Source: a virus. From it: 64,000 bases of DNA. The position numbers and the translations under genes were made by a program. Below, piece after piece: positions 19,531 to 29,683 of the stretch. The notes beneath the pieces were generated by a model that searched no databases, was not told the DNA's origin, and was given only the letters and a program-made list of their open reading frames with translations. The stretch lies in IMG/VR virus record IMGVR_UViG_3300027833_000025, positions 1-64,000 of that record. The stretch is one strand, 5' to 3'. Every line of letters begins with the position of its first letter. Position 1 is the stretch's first letter.

Positions 19531-20220
19531 ATGGTAAATATTAAAACTCCTTACGCTTATAGCGAATTAACACGAACTTCTGTAAATGGTCAACGTTTAT
19601 ATAAGAACCCCTATGGTGAACCTGTTCCTAGTGTCACCACCGTACTGTCGGCTACGAAGCCTGCACGAGATCGGAAAATCTTAGCAGATTGGAAGAAACG
19701 TGTAGGTGATGAAGCCGCCCAACAAATAGTGACAGAGGCATCAAGGGTTGGAACTCAAATGCACGCGATGCTAGAGTCATATGTCAAAAACGAAGAATAT
19801 GTAGGCAATGAAGAAACTGGTAAAACATTACTTCAATCTCGTATGATGGCTGATATAGTAATCAAGAATATTGATGCTGAACTGAATGAAGTATGGGGAG
19901 CAGAAGTTAGTTTATGCTATCCTGACTTATATGCAGGCACAGCAGACTTATTAGGCATGTGGAAAGGCAAACCAACTGTGATGGATTTCAAGCAGACGAA
20001 TAAGCCTAAGAAACGTGAATGGATTGGCGATTACTTCTTACAGGGCACTGCGTATGCGTTAGCACATAATGAACTATATGGAACTGACATAAAAGACGTT
20101 GCTATTTTCATGTGCAGCAGAGAAGGACTTTGGCAATTGTTTGAAATGCAGATTGGTGAGTTTTCAGAATGGGAACTAAAATGGGCAAAAAGATTGGAAG
20201 AATACTATAATATCGCATAA
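19531..20220 (+). CDS. PD-(D/E)XK exonuclease (Cas4/RecB-like)
   Basis: PSVTTVL, GTQMH, AGTAD, DFKQ, LQGTAY. Confidence 0.85.
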   Translation: MVNIKTPYAYSELTRTSVNGQRLYKNPYGEPVPSVTTVLSATKPARDRKILADWKKRVGDEAAQQIVTEASRVGTQMHAMLESYVKNEEYVGNEETGKTLLQSRMMADIVIKNIDAELNEVWGAEVSLCYPDLYAGTADLLGMWKGKPTVMDFKQTNKPKKREWIGDYFLQGTAYALAHNELYGTDIKDVAIFMCSREGLWQLFEMQIGEFSEWELKWAKRLEEYYNIA

Positions 20221-20268
20221 TTTGCTACCAGAATTTAATAAATACATATACTAAAAAGGGTGATTAAC

Positions 20269-20988
20269 ATGACAACTGAAATAAAATTACAAAAACAACG
20301 AAGTGGTACTCTAGCGCAACTTCCTATATTACTGGAAGGTGAATTAGGATATGCATTAGATGCAAAACGATTATTCATTGGTAATACGCAAGCAGCACTT
20401 GATGGTAATAACACAGATACCGAATTTAATTTTGGTGTTGATTTAGATACTGCGCCAGGTGTATCATATAATGTATATGTAGATACTGTATTGCAAGTAG
20501 AGTCTGTTGACTATACCAAAAATAATTTTGTTTTTACATTTGCTACTGCGCCCGGCGTAGGAACTGGAAATGTTGTATTAAAGTATAATTCAGAAATCTT
20601 TCTATTCGAACCAGATGTAGGATTAGATGATCCTAGTATTGTCGGACTTACGGGTCCAGCAACCAATGCGAATATCGCTAGTATTTCGTTTGATGGAACT
20701 AGATATGATAACGTAGACATACGATATTCATTAAGAAATCCGACAGGACATATACGAAAGGGAGTATTAAGCATTGCAGTCAATGTTGATACTGGTTTAG
20801 TGGGCGAACATAATACGCACACCATCTCTGACAATCACACAACTAATGCGACTACAGCAGGTAGTTTATTAGATCATGTATTCTCTGGTAGCATGGTTGC
20901 TGGTATATTCACACTACAATATACTACGACAGATACCGAAACTGCAAACTTGGCATGGTTGGCTAATAACTTTAAAGCAACACTGTAG
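20269..20988 (+). CDS. Fibre/baseplate protein with Mtd-N-like domain
   Basis: RSG..LP.L.EGELGYALD.KRLFIG; AATAAATA box at 20237-20244. Confidence 0.6.
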   Translation: MTTEIKLQKQRSGTLAQLPILLEGELGYALDAKRLFIGNTQAALDGNNTDTEFNFGVDLDTAPGVSYNVYVDTVLQVESVDYTKNNFVFTFATAPGVGTGNVVLKYNSEIFLFEPDVGLDDPSIVGLTGPATNANIASISFDGTRYDNVDIRYSLRNPTGHIRKGVLSIAVNVDTGLVGEHNTHTISDNHTTNATTAGSLLDHVFSGSMVAGIFTLQYTTTDTETANLAWLANNFKATL

Positions 20989-21428
20989 TGCATACAATAT
21001 GGCAACTAATGCCCAAGGAACGACTGACGGAATGGAAGTCATTTCGTACAGAATTAGACTCATTAGAAGATTTATCTGATGAAGAATACTTACAAACACT
21101 CGTAGATTGGTGGCGCCTAGCACCACTATCTAATAGAGTTATAGATGTATATAACTCTGAAGAGTGGCCCAATCCATGGGACTTGTTATGGAATGGTGCA
21201 TACGATGAAAATGTGATTGCGCTTGGAATGGCATACACACTAGAATTATGCGATTGGTCTTGTGATATACTATTAGTACAAGATGCAGGTAAATCGAGTG
21301 TAGCACTTGTAATACGATTAGACAACAAATATATATTAAATCATAATTATGGTATAGTAGATAAAGTGTCCGTATTAGATAAATGTGAAATTTTGAATAC
21401 ATGGTATTCAGACGACTTAGTAAAATAA
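20988..21428 (+). CDS. Hypothetical protein
   Basis: 146 aa, GTG start overlapping the upstream stop. Confidence 0.65.
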   Translation: MHTIWQLMPKERLTEWKSFRTELDSLEDLSDEEYLQTLVDWWRLAPLSNRVIDVYNSEEWPNPWDLLWNGAYDENVIALGMAYTLELCDWSCDILLVQDAGKSSVALVIRLDNKYILNHNYGIVDKVSVLDKCEILNTWYSDDLVK

Positions 21429-21456
21429 TATTGAAACCAAACAGGTAAGGATATAA

Positions 21457-23757
21457 ATGAAGGAAATAATGGTAAAAAAGCGCAACGGCGCTAGAGAACC
21501 ACTTGACTTAGATAAATTACACAAAGTTGTTTTTTATGCTTGCAATGATATTGCAGGCGTCAGCCCGTCAGAAGTGGAAATTAAAAGTAGTATTCAGTTT
21601 TATAATGGAATAACAACTGATGAAATTCAAGAAACATTAATTAAAGCAGCAGCAGATTTAATCACTGAGGAAACTCCAAACTATCAATGGGTAGCGGGTC
21701 GATTAATTAATTATCATTTGCGAAAGCAAGTGTATAATGCATTTGAGCCTGATCATTTAGTTAAGGTGATTGAAGATAACATAGGTCGTGGTTATTATGA
21801 TGATGAAATTCTTTCATTATATTCATCATATGAACTTGATCAATTAAACAATTACATTAAACATGATCGTGATCAAAGCATTGCATATGTTGGAATGGAA
21901 CAATTTCGTGGAAAATACTTGGTACAAAACCGAGTGACAGGTCAGATTTTTGAAACACCTCAAATCGCGTATATGATGATTGCTGCAACTTTGTTTGGTA
22001 GTTACACAGTCAATCGTATGAAATGGGTTAAAGATTACTATGATGCAATCAGTAATTTTGACATCTCATTACCTACTCCCGTTATGGCTGGTGTTCGTAC
22101 AAATGTACGTCAGTTTAGTTCATGTGTTTTAATTGAGTCAGATGATAGTCTAGATAGTATTAACGCAACATCAAATGCGATTGTAAAATATGTATCACAA
22201 AAAGCAGGTATTGGAATTGGCGCAGGACGTATTCGTGCTATCAATTCTCCTATTCGTAATGGTGATGCAGCACACACAGGCGTTATCCCGTTCTATAAGA
22301 TGTTCCAATCATCAGTTAAAAGTTGTTCACAAGGTGGTGTACGAGGTGGAGCAGCAACATTGTACTATCCGTTATGGCATCTTGAAGTAGAAGATATGCT
22401 GGTGTTAAAGAACAATAAAGGTACTGAAGACAATCGTGTAAGGCATTTAGATTTTGGTGTTCAAGTCAATAAACTTATGTATGAGCGTTTGATTTCTGGT
22501 GGTGATATTACATTATTCAGTCCTAGTGATGTTCCTGGATTGTATGACGCATACTTTGAAGATCAAGATAAATTTAAAGAGTTGTATGAAAAAGCAGAGC
22601 GTAATACAAAAATCCGTAAGAAGTCAATGCCTGCGATTGAATTGTTTTCTACTTTCATGCACGAGAGAAAGAATACGGGTCGCATCTATTTGATGAATGT
22701 AGACAACGTAAATGAGCATAGTTCATTCAAGCAAGAATTAGCACCTGTAAGAATGAGCAATCTATGTGCAGAGATTACATTACCTACATCTCCTATGACA
22801 GATATATTCAATGGTGATGGTGAAGTTGCTACTTGCACATTGTCAGCAGTGAATTGGGGCAATATCAAAGTACTAGAAGATTTTCAGAAGCCATGTGAAT
22901 TAGCAGTGAGAGGACTTGATGCATTATTGAGTTATCAGAATTATCCAGTTCTAGCAGCAGAACTAGGTACACAGAAGCGCAGACCACTTGGTGTTGGTAT
23001 TATTAACTTTGCATATTGGCTTGCAAAGAACGATACTAATTATAGTAATCCTGATCTTGAACTAGTAGACGAATGGACAGAAGCATGGTCATACTATTTG
23101 ATTAAAGCATCTGCTGATTTAGCAGTAGAACAAGGACATTGTTCTGGTTTCAATGAAACTAAGTATAGTGATGGTATTTTACCAATCGATACTCGTAAAA
23201 AAGAAGTAGATGAATTAGTAGCGTATAAAGAGCGTATGCCTTGGGAAGCGTTACGAACACAGATAAAGAAAACTGGTGTACGTAATAGCACATTAATGGC
23301 ATTGATGCCAGCCGAGACATCCGCGCAAATAAGTAATAGCACAAACGGAATTGAACCACCACGTTCTTTGGTAAGTGTAAAGCAATCAAAGCATGGTATA
23401 CTCAAGCAAGTAGTTCCGGGAATACATCGATTAAAGAATAAGTATGAATTATTATGGGATCAAGAGTCACCAGAAGGTTATTTAAAGATTATGGCAGTAT
23501 TACAGAAATATATTGATCAAGCGATCAGCGTAAATACTAGTTATAATCCTATCTACTTTGAAGATGAAAAGATTCCAATGAGTACCATGATGAAGCACTT
23601 ACTAATGTTCTACAAATATGGTGGTAAAAATCTTTACTACTTTAACACGTATGATGGACAAGGTGAGATTGACATTAATAAAATGAATGCAGAGCCGTTA
23701 GCACAAACGGGACTGAGTGAAATTGAAGGCGAAGACTGCGACAGTTGTGTCTTATAA
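21457..23757 (+). CDS. nrdA: Ribonucleotide reductase class Ia alpha subunit
   Basis: N-terminal ATP cone, FSSC, SNLCAEI, C-terminal CDSC. Confidence 0.97.
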   Translation: MKEIMVKKRNGAREPLDLDKLHKVVFYACNDIAGVSPSEVEIKSSIQFYNGITTDEIQETLIKAAADLITEETPNYQWVAGRLINYHLRKQVYNAFEPDHLVKVIEDNIGRGYYDDEILSLYSSYELDQLNNYIKHDRDQSIAYVGMEQFRGKYLVQNRVTGQIFETPQIAYMMIAATLFGSYTVNRMKWVKDYYDAISNFDISLPTPVMAGVRTNVRQFSSCVLIESDDSLDSINATSNAIVKYVSQKAGIGIGAGRIRAINSPIRNGDAAHTGVIPFYKMFQSSVKSCSQGGVRGGAATLYYPLWHLEVEDMLVLKNNKGTEDNRVRHLDFGVQVNKLMYERLISGGDITLFSPSDVPGLYDAYFEDQDKFKELYEKAERNTKIRKKSMPAIELFSTFMHERKNTGRIYLMNVDNVNEHSSFKQELAPVRMSNLCAEITLPTSPMTDIFNGDGEVATCTLSAVNWGNIKVLEDFQKPCELAVRGLDALLSYQNYPVLAAELGTQKRRPLGVGIINFAYWLAKNDTNYSNPDLELVDEWTEAWSYYLIKASADLAVEQGHCSGFNETKYSDGILPIDTRKKEVDELVAYKERMPWEALRTQIKKTGVRNSTLMALMPAETSAQISNSTNGIEPPRSLVSVKQSKHGILKQVVPGIHRLKNKYELLWDQESPEGYLKIMAVLQKYIDQAISVNTSYNPIYFEDEKIPMSTMMKHLLMFYKYGGKNLYYFNTYDGQGEIDINKMNAEPLAQTGLSEIEGEDCDSCVL

Positions 23758-23773
23758 AGGAATATAAATAAAC

Positions 23774-24904
23774 ATGAGCATTTTTAATATAACAAAAAAA
23801 GAAGATCATACGAAATCATTAGCATTTCTTGATCCCGAAGGACGAGTAAGTTTACAGAGATACGATATTCTCAAGTACAAGCAGTTTGATAAATTAACAG
23901 AGAAGCAGTTGGGATTCTTTTGGATCCCAGATGAAGTTGATGTTACAAAAGATTCTAATGATTTTAAGCAACTAACTGCAAACGAACAACATATATTCAC
24001 ATCTAATTTAAAGCGTCAAATACTGCTAGATAGTGTACAAGGACGCGCACCTAGTGAAGCATTTGGTTCTATCGTTAGTTTGCCAGAATTAGAAACATGG
24101 ATTCAAACGTGGACATTTAATGAAACTATTCATAGTAAATCATATACACATATTATTCGTAATGTATATTCTGATCCATCTATTGTATTTGATGAAATTT
24201 TGGAAATTGAGGAAATTGTCGATTGTGCATCTGCTATTTCGGTAAATTATGATAATCTAATTGATAAAGCAGCATGGTACAATTTACTAGGTGAAGGCGT
24301 ACATAAGGTTAATGGTAGAGAAATCACTGTTGACTTGTACGAGTTGAAGAAGTCGTTATACAAGGCAGTAATGGGTGTAAACATACTAGAAGGTGTTCGC
24401 TTCTATGTGTCGTTTGCATGTAGTTGGGCGTTTGCAGAACTTAAAAAGATGGAAGGTAATGCAAAAATTATCAAGTTTATTGCACGTGATGAAAATCTAC
24501 ATTTGGCGTTCACGCAATCACTATTAAAGATATTGCCAAAAGATGATCCAGATTATATTAAAATCGCAAAAGAAACAGAAGAAGAATGCATTCAAATGTT
24601 TGTAGATGCAATTGAACAAGAAAAGCAATGGGCAGAATATCTATTTAAAGATGGTTCAATGATTGGGTTAAATGCTCAACTATTGTGCGAATATGTAGAA
24701 TGGATCGGATGCAAGCGAATGGTAGCAGTGGGCTTATCTTGTCCATACAAAGTACCCCAAGCAAACCCATTACCTTGGACACAAAAATGGATTGCTGGTG
24801 CAGATGTACAAGTAGCACCACAAGAAGTTCAACTATCGTCATATATTATAGGCGGTGTAACATCGGACGTTACGAAGGATACCTTTTCTGGTATGTCATT
24901 ATAA
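23774..24904 (+). CDS. nrdB: Ribonucleotide reductase class Ia beta subunit
   Basis: LLDSVQ, ETIHSKSY, LEGVRF, RDENLH, VAPQE. Confidence 0.97.
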   Translation: MSIFNITKKEDHTKSLAFLDPEGRVSLQRYDILKYKQFDKLTEKQLGFFWIPDEVDVTKDSNDFKQLTANEQHIFTSNLKRQILLDSVQGRAPSEAFGSIVSLPELETWIQTWTFNETIHSKSYTHIIRNVYSDPSIVFDEILEIEEIVDCASAISVNYDNLIDKAAWYNLLGEGVHKVNGREITVDLYELKKSLYKAVMGVNILEGVRFYVSFACSWAFAELKKMEGNAKIIKFIARDENLHLAFTQSLLKILPKDDPDYIKIAKETEEECIQMFVDAIEQEKQWAEYLFKDGSMIGLNAQLLCEYVEWIGCKRMVAVGLSCPYKVPQANPLPWTQKWIAGADVQVAPQEVQLSSYIIGGVTSDVTKDTFSGMSL

Positions 24905-24932
24905 TACAATAATAATTAAAGGAGGAGAAAGT

Positions 24933-25166
24933 ATGGTAGAAGTTTATTCAAAAGAAAATTGTGCATATTGCATTAAAGCAAAGATACTGCTTGAAACTCA
25001 GCATATGGAGTTTATTGAAAGAAAGATTGGTGTTGATGTAACTCGTGAGCAATTATTAGAAATTGCACCACAAGCACGCACAGTACCACAAATTGTAATT
25101 GATGGAAACGTAATAGGCGGATACGATCAATTAGCCCAATACATTAAAGGAAGTGAAGAATGTTAA
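24933..25166 (+). CDS. Glutaredoxin
   Basis: CAYC, RTVPQI, IGGYD. Confidence 0.92.
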   Translation: MVEVYSKENCAYCIKAKILLETQHMEFIERKIGVDVTREQLLEIAPQARTVPQIVIDGNVIGGYDQLAQYIKGSEEC

Positions 25167-25456
25167 TAGAAGTACCTTACAGAGATGGCGATGTCATCAG
25201 TATTAAACTAGCCAGCGGTGAAGAAATGGTAGCACGTCTTGAAAAAGAGACAGCCGACACATTGGTTTTATCTAAGCCTACTATGCTTATCGCAAATGAT
25301 GGTGGAATGGGAATGGCTCCATTCATGTTTACTTCGTCAATGGACGCGAAATACACAATGAGACTTAATGGTGTTATTTGCATTGTTAAGACAGAAGAAG
25401 AAACTGCTAAGATGTATAGCGAGAAAACTTCTGGCATTGTAATGGCAGGCGCATAA
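25160..25456 (+). CDS. Small beta-rich (Sm/SH3-like) hypothetical protein
   Basis: KLASGEEMVA pattern. Confidence 0.6.
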   Translation: MLIEVPYRDGDVISIKLASGEEMVARLEKETADTLVLSKPTMLIANDGGMGMAPFMFTSSMDAKYTMRLNGVICIVKTEEETAKMYSEKTSGIVMAGA

Positions 25457-25457
25457 T

Positions 25458-25760
25458 ATGGCTAGGGGTGTAGCAAGAGTAGGAGATCGCACATATGGAA
25501 CTTGTACTGCGCATATAACCCCAATAACGACCGGAGGTACAATTACTTCTGGTTCGCCAACCATTGTTGTCAATGACAAGCCTTGTGCAAGACTAGGCGA
25601 TACTGTTACAGCAGATTGTGGTCACACTAGTGTGATTACATCTGCAAGCAGTGATGTAATTGGTGATGAACCACCTGTAGCAAGAATCGATGATTCAGTG
25701 GGCAGTGGCCCATATACTGCTACAATCATATCGGCATCGACTGATGTGTTCGCAAATTAA
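25458..25760 (+). CDS. PAAR-repeat spike-tip protein (gp5.4-like)
   Basis: VARVGD, CARLGD, VARIDD repeats; CGH. Confidence 0.88.
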   Translation: MARGVARVGDRTYGTCTAHITPITTGGTITSGSPTIVVNDKPCARLGDTVTADCGHTSVITSASSDVIGDEPPVARIDDSVGSGPYTATIISASTDVFAN

Positions 25761-25784
25761 ATTCAATTATTTTCATAAAACTCA

Positions 25785-25813
25785 TTGACAAGTAAGGCTT
25801 ATCGTTGTATAAT
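25785..25813 (+). promoter_or_regulatory. Early promoter (AGTAAGG family)
   Basis: TTGACA-AGTAAGGCTTATCGTTG-TATAAT. Confidence 0.85.
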
Positions 25814-25846
25814 AGTAACATAAGTTAATCAGAGAGTAAAACTATT

Positions 25847-26062
25847 ATGAATACTAAAACTGAAACATTTATCTCATACCTTCTTGATTTTTACGGACCG
25901 GGTGGAATCTACGATATCGGTGTAACTCGTGACGATATTCTGTTGGCATTAGGAATACGTTTGGCGCGTAATGCTATGCTGCCGTTTCAGGGTGATTCAA
26001 TTGACCGTGAAATGGTTCGTGATATTATCTTAGAAGCAAAACCTCAACTAGAAACAATTTAG
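25847..26062 (+). CDS. Small early hypothetical protein
   Basis: 71 aa after early promoter. Confidence 0.7.
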   Translation: MNTKTETFISYLLDFYGPGGIYDIGVTRDDILLALGIRLARNAMLPFQGDSIDREMVRDIILEAKPQLETI

Positions 26063-26070
26063 GTAATTCT

Positions 26071-26307
26071 ATGACTATTATTCAAAAACAGTTAAAAGAA
26101 AAAATGACAATTGATCTTGATGGACCAGAAGGCAATGCATTCTGTCTACTTGGAAATGCCTCGAAATTAGCAACACGATTAGGTTATGATGGTGATGCAA
26201 TTTTAAGTGAAATGAAGAGTGGTGACTACGCTAATTTGGTTCAAACGTTTGAATCTTACTTTGGTAGTTTTGTCATTTTAGAAACAACTAATAAAGAGTT
26301 GTTATGA
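26071..26307 (+). CDS. Small early protein, paralog of 35910-36116
   Basis: GPEGNAF...MKSGDY. Confidence 0.7.
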   Translation: MTIIQKQLKEKMTIDLDGPEGNAFCLLGNASKLATRLGYDGDAILSEMKSGDYANLVQTFESYFGSFVILETTNKELL

Positions 26308-26447
26308 AGACCTCAAGATTAGACTGGTCTATTGTAAAAAGTGGCAGTTCATGGACTGCTACATATAAACCAGATGGAACTGTATTAACAGCAAAAACGA
26401 AGAAGGCACTAATGCCTGAAATTATTAAATTTGAACAACAACTATAG
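26304..26447 (+). CDS. 47-aa hypothetical protein (not in ORF track)
   Basis: ATGA overlap; MKTSRLDWSIV...EQQL. Confidence 0.5.
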   Translation: MKTSRLDWSIVKSGSSWTATYKPDGTVLTAKTKKALMPEIIKFEQQL

Positions 26448-26460
26448 GAAGTAACATTTT

Positions 26461-26748
26461 ATGCGGGCTGAATTATACGAAGATGGAATTAAGCGTATCA
26501 ACACAAAAATTGTAGTACCAATGGATATAACCGATGTGGCAGATTATATACTAAGTGCGGTACAATCAGGAACGGTACGACCGTATGCGGTAACTAGTCT
26601 CAATAAACGACAATTGCTGCAAGTGGCGAAAGATGCAGTTGAGAGTGATGGAATTCATCGACCTAAAGAGAATCTAATTGATATTGATGCACTCGTGGAA
26701 GCAAGAGTACGAACTTATGTTGGGGATATGTTCCCTGAGTTGATGTAG
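26461..26748 (+). CDS. Hypothetical protein
   Basis: 95-aa ORF in early operon. Confidence 0.65.
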   Translation: MRAELYEDGIKRINTKIVVPMDITDVADYILSAVQSGTVRPYAVTSLNKRQLLQVAKDAVESDGIHRPKENLIDIDALVEARVRTYVGDMFPELM

Positions 26749-26757
26749 GATTTAATT

Positions 26758-26928
26758 ATGCATGATTATGATCAAGATTATGATGTCTATGACGAAATAG
26801 TTGAGAGATTTAAAAACGACATGAAAAGCGTAACAGAAAATGAACGCAAACAAACTAAACTGAAAGTACTAAAAGGTACATTGGGAATCGATGTACTACA
26901 AAGTATTAATAAAATTGGAGAACAATAA
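26758..26928 (+). CDS. 56-aa hypothetical protein (not in ORF track)
   Basis: AGGA RBS; TAATG coupling to the next gene. Confidence 0.55.
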   Translation: MHDYDQDYDVYDEIVERFKNDMKSVTENERKQTKLKVLKGTLGIDVLQSINKIGEQ

Positions 26929-27452
26929 TGAAAAGTTATAAACGATCAATCGCATTAGGTGGTGCATTACTATTAACCACAGTAGCGGCAACAATGGCAT
27001 CAGCAGAGACATACATGCAGAACGCAGTGGTGAAATCAGTGCAGAAAGTGTATAGTAACATTAGTGTGCAAACCCCTGTAGAAGTATGTACAAATGTTAA
27101 TGTACCCATCTACGGAGACACAAATGATGCAAGTACTGCCGATGTCCTCGCAGGCGCGATATTTGGAGGTCTGATAGGGAATAGTGTAGGTGGCGGAAAA
27201 GGAAAAGATGCAGCGACATTACTTGGTGCTATTGCTGGTGCAGATATTGCTAATAAGAAGTCCTCTAAGAAGCAGATTATTGGTTATCAAAGTCAGCGAC
27301 AATGTAATACTAATTACACTACAGAAGTTATTCGACAGTATGATGGAAATATTGTTATGGCTGAATATAACAATATGCAGTTATCATTCAAAACAAATAA
27401 ATTCTTCAATGTAGGCGATAGTGTATCTATTCAAGTATCTCTTTCACTTTGA
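26928..27452 (+). CDS. Exported glycine-zipper protein (YcfJ-like)
   Basis: Signal peptide; GAIFGGLIGNSVGGGKGKDAATLLGAIAG flanked by two Cys. Confidence 0.8.
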   Translation: MKSYKRSIALGGALLLTTVAATMASAETYMQNAVVKSVQKVYSNISVQTPVEVCTNVNVPIYGDTNDASTADVLAGAIFGGLIGNSVGGGKGKDAATLLGAIAGADIANKKSSKKQIIGYQSQRQCNTNYTTEVIRQYDGNIVMAEYNNMQLSFKTNKFFNVGDSVSIQVSLSL

Positions 27453-27470
27453 ACCAAGTAATACTTGGTA

Positions 27471-27478
27471 ACTAAATA
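27471..27478 (+). promoter_or_regulatory. Late-type promoter variant
   Basis: ACTAAATA just after hairpin ACCAAGTA-A-TACTTGGT. Confidence 0.5.
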
Positions 27479-27505
27479 GTATTACACTATAAAAGGACAA
27501 TCAAA

Positions 27506-28414
27506 GTGACAAAGTATTATGAATTACCCACAAGTCAAAATGAATTTAAAACTCTATCGATTCAAACAACGTACAAGTGTCAACAGACTTGTGCAAATTG
27601 TTATCTTGGGGAAATGCTGAATAATGATAGTATACCAGATGTTGATCTTGTAAGATTTGAAGAAGCAATCAAGGCATTGCCCAAAAGAACTGATATTAGA
27701 TTTATTGGCGCTGAACCAACGATGAATACTGACCTTATTAAGTTAATAAAGATTGTGAGAACCAGTGGTCACAGGCCATCTCTTCTAACCAACGGATTAA
27801 AACTAAGACGTGAACCTTATGCACAAGAACTAAAAGATGCTGGTCTAAACTTATTAGGTATCTCAATGAATGGCGGATTGGAAGACAAAGTGTATATGGA
27901 CTTTGACAATGGTAAGTATGCTAAATCAAAGATGATTGCGCTAGAAAATATATTTAAAGTTAAGATGCTGCCTCACATTAATGTCATTCTTGATCCGAGT
28001 AATGTACACGTAGTTGCTCCTCTTATAGAATATATTGTAGAGATGGCGCTGAAACATAATGTAAAGTTTAGTCCTACTAAGTTCCCAGTTATGATTAGAT
28101 TAAAATCTGTTGGTAAAATAGGGTTCTTTAAAGATACCCATACATTCACAATACACGAACTTAAAAAAATTGTAACCGATCTGCATGGAAATGGGATAGA
28201 GTTTATAGATACTATAGACGGTCATGTAGAGAAGAGATCATTAACTTACAAATTTGAAACAGCCGCTGGCGTAATGCTAGGAAAGATAACAGATTGGACA
28301 GTGGATGATGATGGAATACCAGATTCAGGATCATCCAGACGTGGTATATTAACTGATGATTACAAAGTTGCTCCATTTTTCGAATACTATGCTAAGACCC
28401 AGTCGAAATTATGA
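27506..28414 (+). CDS. Radical SAM protein
   Basis: CQQTCANC, GAEPT, TNG, ISMNG. Confidence 0.88.
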   Translation: MTKYYELPTSQNEFKTLSIQTTYKCQQTCANCYLGEMLNNDSIPDVDLVRFEEAIKALPKRTDIRFIGAEPTMNTDLIKLIKIVRTSGHRPSLLTNGLKLRREPYAQELKDAGLNLLGISMNGGLEDKVYMDFDNGKYAKSKMIALENIFKVKMLPHINVILDPSNVHVVAPLIEYIVEMALKHNVKFSPTKFPVMIRLKSVGKIGFFKDTHTFTIHELKKIVTDLHGNGIEFIDTIDGHVEKRSLTYKFETAAGVMLGKITDWTVDDDGIPDSGSSRRGILTDDYKVAPFFEYYAKTQSKL

Positions 28415-29166
28415 AACACTTTGATAGAACATGGCATCTAAGAATTGATACTGATATAGTCCGTAATATAATTGATAAGAATCAAGATAAGTTTTTTTGT
28501 CCATTCTCTAATACAGAGAGTTATCTTAACATATACAAAGATAGGGAATGTGCAGTACAGTTTTTAAATTTGCATGAATGTGATTACAGTCGAGAATCAA
28601 ATAGAGATGGGTCTAAGTATATTAGATACCTAACAAGTGTGGAACGCAAATTGGGCAATACCGACATTGTAGATTTTCTTAACACGAATCACGATAAGTT
28701 CACAGTTGAAACTAATGAAGAAAACTTTGTTATACCTTCAGATGATCCAGATGTGAAAAAATTATTATCTGATCTAAATTCAATGTGGGCGTTTGATGCT
28801 GACAGAACACCTACAGTTGATATATGTCGAGCCCGTATTGTTAAACTTCCAGCAGGAGGCACAATGCCGTATCATAGAGATGAAACTGCATCTAAAAACA
28901 TGCGTGTCATATGTCCTATTATAACACATTACGATATTAAGAATGCGTTTAGAGATAGTGATGGTGAAGCGTTATATAATTTTAAGTCAACCGGACATTT
29001 CTATACGTTTGAAGAAGATAAAATAGAACATGCTGTTTTTAATAATTCAGATGTAGACAGATATGCTCTAGTATTTACTGTCGTCAATGTAAAAAATTTA
29101 AAAGAATGGGATAGAGCATTCAAACGATACCGGATGTATTGGGAGGCATGGGGACGTGCATTTTAA
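28411..29166 (+). CDS. AspH-like 2OG-Fe(II) oxygenase
   Basis: RARIVKLPAGGTMPYHRD ... EHAVFN..DVDRYAL. Confidence 0.8.
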   Translation: MKHFDRTWHLRIDTDIVRNIIDKNQDKFFCPFSNTESYLNIYKDRECAVQFLNLHECDYSRESNRDGSKYIRYLTSVERKLGNTDIVDFLNTNHDKFTVETNEENFVIPSDDPDVKKLLSDLNSMWAFDADRTPTVDICRARIVKLPAGGTMPYHRDETASKNMRVICPIITHYDIKNAFRDSDGEALYNFKSTGHFYTFEEDKIEHAVFNNSDVDRYALVFTVVNVKNLKEWDRAFKRYRMYWEAWGRAF

Positions 29167-29683
29167 ATTAATTACTGATAAAGAACTTGCAAAGTATACC
29201 TTTAGGCAAGCACATTTAACTGAGGATGATAACAGAAATAACTACACCTTGGATCAGTTTGAAAAAGCATGGACAAAGTGGATTGGATTTTATGTATTGT
29301 ATGACGAGGTTAATGTTGTAGCATTTTGCGGAATTAGAAAGTTCGACAATCAAGAAGCACGTATATTTGACCGATATTTCGTAACGCCAACCTACAGAAG
29401 CAGTTCTCTTGCCCACACAGAATGGGCATCTATCATGGTCAACAAATTGGTTGATGATTGCATTAAAAATGGATACCAACCATTTTTTTCAATACAAACA
29501 GCAAAAAAACGCAACTCCATTCAAAAGGCAGTGTCTACATTTAACAAGTATATCATATCCGAATTTAGAGTGTTGGATGGATTATATTGCACAGTTCCAA
29601 CAAGTAGAAATGATCCCAATTGTTGGCAAAATATAGCAACAATATCGCCGTACTCAATATCATTGGAGAAGGAAAATGAGTAA
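29156..29683 (+). CDS. GNAT-like acyltransferase
   Basis: VVAFCGI...RIFDRYFVTPTYR. Confidence 0.55.
   Translation: MHFKLITDKELAKYTFRQAHLTEDDNRNNYTLDQFEKAWTKWIGFYVLYDEVNVVAFCGIRKFDNQEARIFDRYFVTPTYRSSSLAHTEWASIMVNKLVDDCIKNGYQPFFSIQTAKKRNSIQKAVSTFNKYIISEFRVLDGLYCTVPTSRNDPNCWQNIATISPYSISLEKENE

Noticed and set aside
23767-23773. ATAAATA-containing box just before nrdB as a late promoter
   Set aside because: It is only 3 nt from the ATG and lies in the spacer after an AAGGA RBS; better explained as AT-rich spacer.
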